Source of the DNA: Takakia lepidozioides
Taxonomy: Eukaryota; Plantae; Bryophyta
Assembly (NCBI GenBank): GCA_030704615.1
Contig: JAKLZA010000110.1
Coordinates: 1-21,942, forward strand
DNA length: 21,942 bases
Reading direction: 5' to 3'
Shown: positions 9,983 through 19,344 of the stretch, piece after piece
How the letters are laid out: every line of letters begins with the position of its first letter
How positions within the stretch are numbered: the stretch's first letter is position 1
Program-made: the position numbers and the translations under genes
Notes under the pieces: model-generated
Told to the model about the DNA's origin: nothing
Seen by the model: the letters and a program-made list of their open reading frames with translations, nothing else
Databases searched by the model: none

Positions 9983-11120
9983 GCGGATGGAAATTCGGCG
10001 CCGGATTTCCATCCGCGCGCTTCCGAATTACCTGCGTGAGGGAAATTTCCGGCGCCGCCCTAACTCCGCGAATGGAAATTCGGCGCCGGATTTCCATCCG
10101 CGCGCTTCCGAATTACCTGCATGAGGGAAATTTCCACCACCGCCCTCCCTCCGCGGATGGAAATTCGGCGCCAGATTTCCATCCGCGCGCTTCCGAATTA
10201 CCTGCGTGAGGGAAATTTCCGCCGCCGCCCTAACTCCGCGGATGGAAATTCGGCGCCGGATTTCCATCCGCGCGCTTCCGAATTACCTGCCTGAGAGGAA
10301 ATTTCCACCGCCGCCCTACCTCGCGGATGGAAATTCGGCGCCGGATTTCCATCCATCCGCGCGCTTCCGAATTACCTGCGTGAGGGAAATTTCCGGCGCT
10401 GCCTACCTCCGCGGATGGAAATTCGGCGCCGGATTTCCATCCGCGCGCTTCCGAATTACCTGCGTGAGGGAAATTTCCGGCGCCGCCCTAACTCCGCGGA
10501 TGGAAATTCGGCGCCGGATTTCCATCCGCGCGCTTCCGAATTACCTGCGTGAGGGAAATTTCCGGCGCCGCCCTAACTCCGCGGATGGAAATTCGGCGCC
10601 GGATTTCCATCCGCGCGCTTCCGAATTACCTGCGTGAGGGAAATTTCCGCGCCGCCCTAACTCCGCGGATGGAAATTCGGCGCCGGATTTCCATCCGCGC
10701 GCTTCCGAATTACCTGCGTGAGGGAAATTTCCGGCGCCGCCCTACCTCCGCGGATGGAAATTCGGCGCCGGATTTCCATCCGCGCGCTTCCGAATTACCT
10801 GCGTGAGGGAAATTTCCACCGCCGCCGTACCTCCGCGGATGGAAATTCGGCGCCGGATTTCCGTCCGCGCGCTTCCGAATTACCTGCGTGAGGGAAATTT
10901 CCGGCGCCGCCCTAACTCCGCGGATGGAAATTTGGCGCCGGATTTCCATCCGCGCGCTTCCGAATTACCTGCATGAGGGAAATTTCCACCGCCGCCCTAC
11001 CTCCGCGGATGGAAATTCGGCGCCGGATTTCCATCCGCGCGCTTCCGAATTACCTGCGTGAGGGAAATTTCCAGCGCCGGCCTTCCTCCGCGGATGGAAA
11101 TTCGGCGCCGGATATCCATC
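9983..11120. repeat. 85-bp tandem repeat, 13 full units plus a partial one, each with a 36-bp near-perfect palindrome
   Basis: Unit starts at 9983, 10068, 10153, 10238, 10323, 10411, 10496, 10581, 10665, 10750, 10835, 10920, 11005 and 11090. The palindrome CGCGGATGGAAATTCGGCGCCGGATTTCCATCCGCG has one mismatched pair. Confidence 0.96.
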
Positions 11121-11959
11121 CTGCTGCGCTCCGAATTACCTGCAGGATGGAAATCCGGCGCCGGAATTCCATCGTGCAGCGCTCCGAATTACCTCTACGT
11201 TGGAAATTCCGGGACTGTTTACGTCGATTTTCATCCGACATGGAGGGCTTCATCCGACATTTAATTGCGCAGTTGGGCAATAAATGTCGACGGCCGTCGG
11301 TTATTATCGGGCTGGCGACGCATGGCTTCCTGGACACGTACCCTAAATCTCATGCTAAACTTGGCTTAACATGGTATTCCAGGCATGTACCCCAAAAAAG
11401 GAGATCTTTTTGGCTGGGACTTATGCCGCCTGAAGGGCGTGGCTCTCCTGAGAGAGACCTCACATCCAGACCGCGGCGGAAGTTGAAAGCTCTGTACTAC
11501 GGACGACGGCCAATCTCTCGCATGGCCAAACTGAAGCTCCAGCAGGAGATTCCAGTGTCTTGCTCACAACCTCGCGAAGCCTGCAAGCCACTTCTCTCAG
11601 GCAAGCCACTTCTGCTTTCGGTTTGTTCGATTTATTTTTTGCTTTCGCTTTGTTACCTCGCTTTGTTTTTGCATCTTCATCCTGGCTTTGCTGTATGAGT
11701 GAACTTTAGATAGTTGAGTGAACCTTAGATTGTTTGCAATGCGTGTGCAAATCCGGCAGCTCTGGAGAAGGCTGCTTGTGCATGTCATTCTTAGGCAATG
11801 GTTGCATTTGTTTTCATTGTTGTTGCATGGCTCTCCATACTTCCTAAACTTGTTATGTTTTCATTTTTGCTACATGATTGTTGCTATGGTGGTTGCGCTG
11901 CTCGTTGCGATGCTGCTTTTTGCACCGATGTTGGTTTTCACGATTTTTGTCAATGACAG

Positions 11960-14900
11960 AGTGACGACGAGCCCGGCACGCTGGTGGTATCATCGACAGC
12001 TCCAACTCATCGCATGTTTGAATCGCCCAACTTGGGGCGAGAGGGCAAACTTAAACCTTTTGTTGGTGGACGGGAGGACTTGCAACGAGATTACGACAGA
12101 GTAGGCATTGGGGAGGTTGGTGCAGGCGGCATGGCAGGTGAAGGGCGTGAGGACATGAGGACAGCAGATCCGGCAATGGAGGTTGTTCATGCACATGCAG
12201 TAGGGCCCGCCCACGCAAAGAAAAAGAAGAAAGCTAAGCACATGCAATCCCCGGCGAGAGAGCAGTCACGGGCTGCGGAGGGGGGAGTGAGCAGTGCGCG
12301 CGAGGGTGTCAGTTCGCCTCAATCAAAGGTGGTCGTCCTGGAGGGCTCCCCTGCTGCTAGCCCTAGTAAGAAACAGAAAGCCCGTGAGAGGGCAAAAGAG
12401 AGGGCAAAAGAACAGACGAGACAGAATGCTAGCCAGGAGGAAAGACAAAAGGCAGCTGAAGAGGCCAGGGGTGCCCAAATGACAGATGCCAATGTAAGCG
12501 AGGGACCCACAGAGACGGTGGATCCCTACAAGACACCACAGAGAGGCAGTAGCACACCGGTTAGACCATCGCGGGCAAGAGCAGCCCCCGCAATTACCCA
12601 TACGGTGGAGAGTGGAGGAGAGGAAAGAACACCTGAAAGAGCACGGATTGTGCAAGTTCGAGGTGAAGCCAGGGAGAGGGCAGTAGAGACGACGAGAGTG
12701 CTGGAGGTGGTTTCGCAGGTGGCTGACCCTGTTGAGGAGGACGACATGGAGGTTTCTGACCAGGATGACATCCTCCCGGACATCCCCAGGCCCCAAACCC
12801 GGAGCATACAGGCTGGATTTGGCGGTCCTGGTGGGCTGCCGGAAAACCCCTCTGCAGCAGACGTCATGTCTGAGGCGGATATGAAGTTGGCCGCTGCCAA
12901 GATGTTGGAGGCAACCCACAGCAACATTGGCAGGGTGCTGGGGGGCATGGTGTACCCGGCCAAGCTTCGAATTCCCCTTTGCCGCTTGGTGTCATTGCAG
13001 GTGGTGAGACCTGCCCTCCCAGGCGATATCGACAAGCTGAAATTCTCTTTCGGGATGGATATCGAATGGGGTCTGCCGCCTTTTACGTTTCCATTGAGAA
13101 CGACCACGGAGCTTCCCGTGCCCACACTTCCGATGAGGTGGACAAATGGGGTCCCCATTGGCAAACGCGAAATGAGGAGTTCGAGAGATCGATTGCTAGT
13201 GATCCTCTTTTCCAGCACATGTCCGGCAAGATGTTCTACGTGTGGGACAGCAATCATCGCCTCCTGGCATGGATGGAGCACATTGCCCAAGCCCACCCCA
13301 ACGATCTCGATTGGCATTTCGCCGTCGATTGTGTTGTGCTGAAGGTTGCGGGGCCCAAAGATCGCAGTCTTCTCAAAGCTGCAATGGCCGACATCAACTC
13401 GTAAGCTACAACCCCTCTCGCTTTTGGACTTTGAATTTGGAAGTCATTTCATTGCGAATCCTCATATATGATGAAAATTCCCATTTCAGTATTGTTTGAT
13501 GGAAATGTGGCACTGCAGGGTGACTGAGAATGCCTTCATTGCCACCAACTTGTCCCATATGCTCTTCCGAGTGAAGGATGTCGGGAAGCAGGGGGTGCAA
13601 GAGTTTGCCAATTCCCTCAGTGCCGACCTCCTGCGCAAGTCGGAGGCAAAGGCAGACAGAACCTGGTATAGGCTGAGCGTCGACGCCATGGTGGACTACA
13701 TATTTCGGGTAAAGCTCCTGACAGTTTTGTTGAGCTAGTCTGTCTCTCCTCCCCCAATAGAAGAAATTGTGTTGAGCAGGATCTCTAATCTTATGTGCGC
13801 CTTTTCGACAGACGAAAATACAGCAGGATTTGGCACATGCGCGGAGGTTCTACATGGAGTCAGAGGAGAAGAATCCAACCCTCCCGGAACTCGAATCGTA
13901 TGTCAAAGCTGCGGAGGTGAGGGCCCGCATAAAGTACAAGTCGCGGATGGTAAAGTACGTGGCCATAGCTGATCCCGCCCTTGGTGCCGACTTTCTGGTG
14001 GAGGTGGGGAAGCACTACTCTCGCGCTCTGAAGCCCACGATGACATTGGAGAAGCTCCATCGTCTAGCCACATCCTTGTGGATGCAACAGAAAAGGTGAT
14101 ACATTCTTAACCAAATTGTGGTGGCAACAACTCCTTTTTGTGGTGTTTGGCGCTTACGAATATGCTGGGTGGTTGGACAGACCCGGTGGCTCCAAATCTA
14201 GAATGGTTCCCAAAGTACCAGGGACATGTGGAGCTTCCCAAACCGGACAAACTCTCTGACCCCACATTCGACATGTGGATGAACCGCATGACATGGTGGT
14301 TTCAGGTACTTCCCCACGCTTCGTTTGGGGCTTCTACTCTAGTAGGGGTGGATTCATTGTATTTTTTGAGGAAAGCGATCTGATGGACAATCTCCACAGG
14401 TGACGACGAATGCGCAAGAGCAGCTGGACACACAAGCACATCAGTTCAAGATGGAGATATCTCCTGCAGCAGAGAGCCTACGTGACTATGTGACGAGGTA
14501 CTTTCTGCTCTACAAAACCAACCTATTCTTTCGGGAGATAGCAGATGCTCGCCGGAGCCACGAGTTCACCGACCAGCCGAACGCGGACAAAGCATCAATG
14601 CGCCTTCTGTACAGGTACATACGCGCTGCCTTTCTTTCAAGTCCTGGCATTTCAGGATGTTAGAGGCCTCAAGTGGTGTTAGGGAAAATGGCGCCGAATT
14701 TCCAGTCAGGGCTCCGAAAATGGCTAAGTCCCTAGACTGGCTGGCCCGGAACTGGAAATTCGGCGCCATTTTCCAGTTCCAGGCCCTATTGCCGTTCAGG
14801 GACTTAGCCATTTTCGGCCTAAGTCCCTAGACTGGCTGGCCCTGAAGTGGAAATTCGGCGCCATATTCCAGTTTTAGGCCCTATTGCCGTTCAGGGACTT

Positions 14901-17667
14901 AGCCATTTTCGGGCTAAGTCCCTAGGGTGGCTGGCCCGGAACTGGAAATTCGGCGCCGTTTTCCAGTTCTAGGCCCTATTGCCGTCCAGGGACTTAGCCA
15001 TTTTCGGGCTAAGTCCCTAGGGTGGCTGGCCCGGAACTGGAAATTCGGCGCCGTTTTCCAGTTCTAGGCCCTATTGCCGTCCAGGGACTTAGCCATTTTC
15101 GGGCTAAGTCCCTAGACTGGCTGCCTCTGAACTGGAAATTCGGCGCCATTTTCCAGTTCCAGGCCGTATTGCCGTTCAGGGACTTGGCCATTTTCGAGCT
15201 AAGTCTCTAGACTGGGTGGCCCTGAAGTGGAAATTCGGCGCCATATTCCAGTTGTAGGCCCTATTGCCGTTCAGGGACTTAGCCATTTTCAGACCTCATT
15301 GTGTTTTTCATGAATGCAGGTATTGTAAGTTCTCGCTTTTGGAGAAAGGTCATCTGTCTTTCGAGCCACCATTCTTCCTGGCATGGAGGAACCCTGGGCT
15401 GACTCCATGTACACTGACGATATTGTGAAGGAGTGGCATCTGGAACATTTGCGTGATTGCCCTTGGTATGTGGACCTTCCGCCCGGCTCGCTCGACCCAT
15501 CCGAGTTTCAATTGAAGCTGGATGCTGAATTCCGACGAAACCGGGCTCCGCGCCTCCGTTGGGTGCAAAAGAGGCAAAAGCGCTTGCGAACTCCAGGAAA
15601 GCGGCAGAGCTTGCTCAGGCAGGAATTCAGGAGAAATTGCATGAGAAGAGTAAAGGTCAAAGGAAAAGGACAAGGAAACAGGTGACTGCAGTAACACCCA
15701 AAAAGAAGAAAACCATCGGGGCATCGGAGGAGGCGCAGGAGGGGACCCAAGAGAGTGACTCCGACGCCGATTTTGTTCAAGGTCCTGCGACTGCTGTTGC
15801 TCCTACCCAGTCACCGGTCGTCCGGGTTCCCAAGTCAATTCGGAGTGGGACTGACTCTGCCAAGAAGTTGGCTTTTGAGGGCGAGCCTACACGGCGGTAT
15901 TCGGCGGTGACGTTTACGCACATGCCAAAGCTAGAACCTCCAACCATCATCCAATGCGTCAATGAGAGCTTCCTTGACGCTCTCGCTGCCAGGGCGAAGA
16001 AGGTGGCACACAACAAGTCTCTGGCGGAGCAGAAGGGGAAAGCCAAGAAGAGGGCTGCCGGTACAGAGCCTAAAGACACCCCTGGTTTTGAAGCCATGAT
16101 GGAATTCTTCACGGCTGTGAGCACGAATTGCAAGAGCACTCGGGGGGGGGTTGAGGTGGAGAGAGCTTGCGACATGATTCTCCTTGACATTCCAGATGGG
16201 GAGCTGCTGGAGGGCCTGGATGGTGTGCCCACCTGGAACAGGTTTACTGAGGACTACTGGAAAGCCGGGTTTGGGCTGGCGGGGATGCTTCTGGATGACG
16301 GTGGATGTGTGGTTGTCCTTGCCACGAGAGGGAAGACCACAGAGAATGCGGTGGCAAGGTGGACACCGAAAAGTGTCACCCCGGTCCTCCTCAGAAAATG
16401 GTTCTGCATCAGTACGCAGGGGTTGCGAACAGAGGGCCAAAGTGTAAGTTATCAATCTATTGCATTCACTTCATATTGTGGTGTATGTTAAGTAGACCCT
16501 GGAATTGATCCCTTCTTTGTTGGATGTGCAGACATTGGTGTTTGAGGCATATTGCTTTGTGAAGAGAGGGTCTACGTTCATATTCCGCAACGACGGTCGT
16601 CTTGTTGATGCCGATGTGGACCCTGTAACCTACGATGTCCTCTACAACTATGTGCCCAACTCTAGTATGCCGAAGGACACAAAGACAGGCAAACCGTGGC
16701 GGTACAGCCGGACCCGGAGCCCTGCTTTCATCCAAACCCTCATGGAGACGTGCTCGGATGTCCAAGGGCGGATTCTAGACCTCACATGCGGCACGGGTAA
16801 GCCTTCACGTGCTCAGTTTGTCCCCTGGCCCCATTGCAATTGCATGCCGCAAGCTATTAACCGCCCGCTTTGTTCCTCAGGTGCTTCAATGTGGGCAGGG
16901 ACGTTGTCCGACAGGCATGTGTTCGCCTTCGAGCCAGATACTGCCCTCCACAACTCGGAACTTGCAGCGGCTGAACGTCTGCCGAAAGAGGAAGAGGCAT
17001 CCTCGGAGGATGAGGAAAAATCCGAGAAGGAGCAGGGGGAGGAAGTTGGGATCGAGGCCGAGGAGCCCCGGTTTACGAGTGAGTGGTGGCATTGTAAGTT
17101 GCCTCCAAATTTTGTGAGGCACCTCCCTCCGCTCTCTTATTTCATTGAAAACCCTTTCTGGTTGTGCTGGTATTGACATTCTTCAAGTGGATTTGTTCTT
17201 ACTGTAGGATGCCAAGTACTGCCGGAGGGACGTCTACACCGGAGTTCATGGGCAGGAGGAACGTGCCTTTTTTTGCCAGGGGGGATTTCATGCCTAGTGC
17301 AGAAAGGGAGTACATCCTTCCTACTTATGCTGCCCGGCTTGCTTCGGTGTCCGTTAGGAGGTGTTCCGAACGTAGTCGTGTACAGCAGATTTTAGACGAG
17401 GCAAGCCTCAAGAAAATGAAGATGAGGGAGGAGGCAGCAGCTATTAAAGCCCGTCGGGCTCGTAGATTTGTGTTGGATTCTGCTGAGGAAAGTGGGGGAG
17501 AAGACGCAGAAGATTCCCAGGAGGTGAGGTGGACAGTCCCCCAAGGAGAGGACGGGATTTTTGAGAGGCATAGTGGAACTGATGCATCACAGAGCTCGGA
17601 GGATGAGGGGGATGAGGGGGATGAGGAAGAAGGTGGGGCAAGTTCCTCGGAGGGTGTAGGAGAGTAG
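11960..17667 (+). CDS. Multi-exon accessory gene: charged low-complexity N-terminus, ParB/Sulfiredoxin-like domain, helical region, beta-class amino (N6A/N4C)-type DNA methyltransferase fold, acidic tail; frameshifted in this sequence; start uncertain
   Basis: Predicted GT-AG introns: 13401-13518, 13709-13811, 14096-14180, 14306-14399, 14615-15319, 16444-16531, 16797-16880, ~17079-17207. Five join flanking ORFs in phase directly; the others need a nearby frameshift. ParB-like MFYVWDSNHRLLAW (13231-13272). MTase motif IV-like DMILLDIPDG (16171-16200) precedes motif X-I-II RSPAFIQTLMETCSDVQGRILDLTCGTG/ASMWAGTLSDRHVFAFEPD (~16715-16940 after splicing). NLS-like KKKKKAK and PKKKK. Confidence 0.8.
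14683..15290. repeat. Intronic 95-bp tandem repeat (6 units plus an inverted leading half-unit), two hairpins per unit
   Basis: (C/G)TGGAAATTCGGCGCC at 14752, 14847, 14942, 15037, 15132 and 15227 (exact 95 spacing). Hairpins are AACTGGAAATTCGGCGCCATTTTCCAGTT and AGGGACTTAGCCATTTTCGGGCTAAGTCCCT. The array lies between donor 14615 and acceptor 15319. Confidence 0.95.
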
Positions 17668-17828
17668 TGCCCATTCCGGCTATGACAGTTAGAACACACT
17701 TGTATAGACGTTGCTTGCCACAAAATTTGCAATAAAATGTTGCATTTCAAGTCCACTGGTGCCACATTCCAACTTCACATGACCCTATTTCCGTGCCTCC
17801 TAACCCTATTTCCGTGGACTCACAATGG

Positions 17829-17888
17829 TCTGCTCATGCTTTTTTTTTTCCCGCTCATGCTCATGCCGCTCATGAAATAGCAGCCCCC
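17829..17888 (-). repeat. Right terminal inverted repeat
   Basis: TCTGCTCATGC(T)nCCCGCTCATGCTCATGCCGCTCATGAAATAGCAGCCCCC, the inverted counterpart of 4263-4310. Confidence 0.85.
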
Positions 17889-17897
17889 GGAATTCCC
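17889..17897 (+). repeat. Right target-site duplication (GGAATTCCC)
   Basis: Identical to 4254-4262. Confidence 0.88.
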
Positions 17898-18867
17898 TTT
17901 GGTAGTTGGCAGTCCGGAACAGCTCCCCACTCTTTGGTCGCTTTCCGGCTCGCTCGCTTACTCACTAGTTTTTGGTCACCAACGAGCTTGCACCGTTCTC
18001 GGGGTTACTACTCCCTATATATACTTCTGTAGCTGTCCGCGGGGATTTCACAACCAGCCATGCCATTTTATGCCGAACCACCACGAAGACCCTCGATTCC
18101 CGGTGGTGAGTCGCGGTGAGTCTTGGCCCACTCACCGCGGCCCCAATGGACCGTGATGAGTCCCAAGACTCCCCACGACTCCCACCTCGAGGTCTCCACC
18201 CCATGGTGAGTCCTATGCCACCCCCACTAAGTCCCGCTAAGCTACCACCACCCCTTGTGGAGCCACCCCCACCGCAACCCGGTGTGCGGGGCTCCACCTA
18301 GTGAGCGCCTCCGCCTCCTTGAGTGCCTTGGGCACTCAAGGGTGCTTCAGCCCCCGTACCTATCGCTGCTACTGCCCCCACCACAGGGGCAGCCCCTCTT
18401 GTGTCCCGACCCCCCTGCCCTCAAGGCAAAGGGCCGCGACACACACCCCTACCAACAGGGAGTCGATGTCCTCATCGACTTGTCCATTTTGTAGAAACGA
18501 ACATCCAAGTTGTGGCGTCCCACATCAAGGAGTTTGTTTCCGTACCATGGCGTCCCATGGCAAAGAACCAAACCCCACACTTGACTCTACTCTCCACTAG
18601 CTAGTTCGGCCGACTTCCTCCAAGTCCCGGCCAAGGGTGGAGCCTCTCAAGCTCCTCCCAGTGCACTCTTCTTGGCCTACTTCAAGGCCAAGGAACGATC
18701 CTCCCCGAGGATCGAATCGCCTTACTGCAACAACATTGCTTGCGACCGCTCATGATGCCGCTTTTGGCATCACCTTGAGCAAGGGTTTCCTGGAACCCTC
18801 TTTCACTAGGAAGATAACCTTGAACCAACCGTGCGCCCCAATCACTACAATTGGGTCCGCCTTGGAA

Positions 18868-19310
18868 TGTTGGCCTGAGGTACGGGAACACGCCGAAGCC
18901 GCACTACGACTTTGTCCGAGGCTACACGATTATAGTACGTGAACGGAAGCACGTAGCTTCCGCGTTAGCCCGCACTACAAGGCAACCCCCTCAGTAGCGC
19001 AGTTATAGTACGCGCACGTGCCAGGTGCGCACTAGCACGTGAACTCCCAAAGAAGGCGCAAGTTTCCTTGCCCCTTGGATGGGGGTCACCCGATTTCGGC
19101 ACTACGCAAACACACGATTAACCCAATTTACCTCTCCCACTTTTATAAGCTAGCATGCATTCTACACACTAGCCAACCATACCATGCATCACCATTCCAA
19201 ACAAAATAGGACGCACAACATTTGGAATCCATTTCATTTATAGCACGTTTTGTACAATACAAGTTTTTGCAATCGGATTCCTAAGCTAGCTAAGCCGGGC
19301 TAAGCATGCA
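18868..19310 (-). repeat. 3' LTR of the chromovirus (distal boundary tentative)
   Basis: Begins TG immediately after the PPT on the minus strand and contains TATAAAA (19141-19147, minus). A candidate end ...CCAACA lies at 18868. Confidence 0.55.
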
Positions 19311-19321
19311 TTTTCTCCCCC
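19311..19321 (-). other. Polypurine tract of the chromovirus
   Basis: GGGGGAGAAAA on the minus strand, just after the pol stop and directly before TG. Confidence 0.75.
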
Positions 19322-19344
19322 ACGCTCCAAGGTTGATGTCCCCA

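Larger units (their letters stand above)
4263..17888. mobile_element. Full-length Mutator-like DNA transposon (MULE), 13,626 bp, with transposase, ParB-like/methyltransferase accessory gene and internal palindromic arrays
   Basis: Perfect 9-bp TSD, G...C termini, imperfect TIRs, and a MULE-type DDE transposase with a SWIM finger. Confidence 0.9.

Noticed and set aside
9983-11120. CRISPR array (regularly spaced 36-bp palindromes)
   Set aside because: The intervening sequences are near-identical rather than unique spacers, there are no cas genes, and the context is eukaryotic. The same applies to 14683-15290.
8613-11340. Many ORFs with MEIRRRIS / WKFGAEF / GNSAPNF peptides (also at 4330-4896 and 14566-15210)
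   Set aside because: They are translations of the palindromic DNA repeat and appear in all frames on both strands.
11240-11959. Defined first exon/start codon of the accessory gene, and the hydrophobic ORF 11718-12104 as a membrane protein
   Set aside because: A possible GC donor at ~11601 does not give a clean in-phase open exon. 11601-11959 is T-rich intron-like sequence ending in a good acceptor, which explains the hydrophobic translation.
12323-13317. Long minus-strand ORFs (198 and 263 aa), and similar antisense ORFs over the transposase and pol genes
   Set aside because: They are shadows of GC-rich coding sequence on the opposite strand and have no motifs.
16171-16945. C5-cytosine methyltransferase (DNMT/CMT/DRM)
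   Set aside because: No PC catalytic motif or ENV motif is present, and the motif order (IV before I) fits beta-class amino-MTases.
11960-17667. Bacterial contamination, restriction-modification operon or plasmid partition locus
   Set aside because: The gene has multiple in-phase GT-AG introns, lies within a TSD-bounded MULE among plant-type retroelements, and has no ParA or endonuclease partner.
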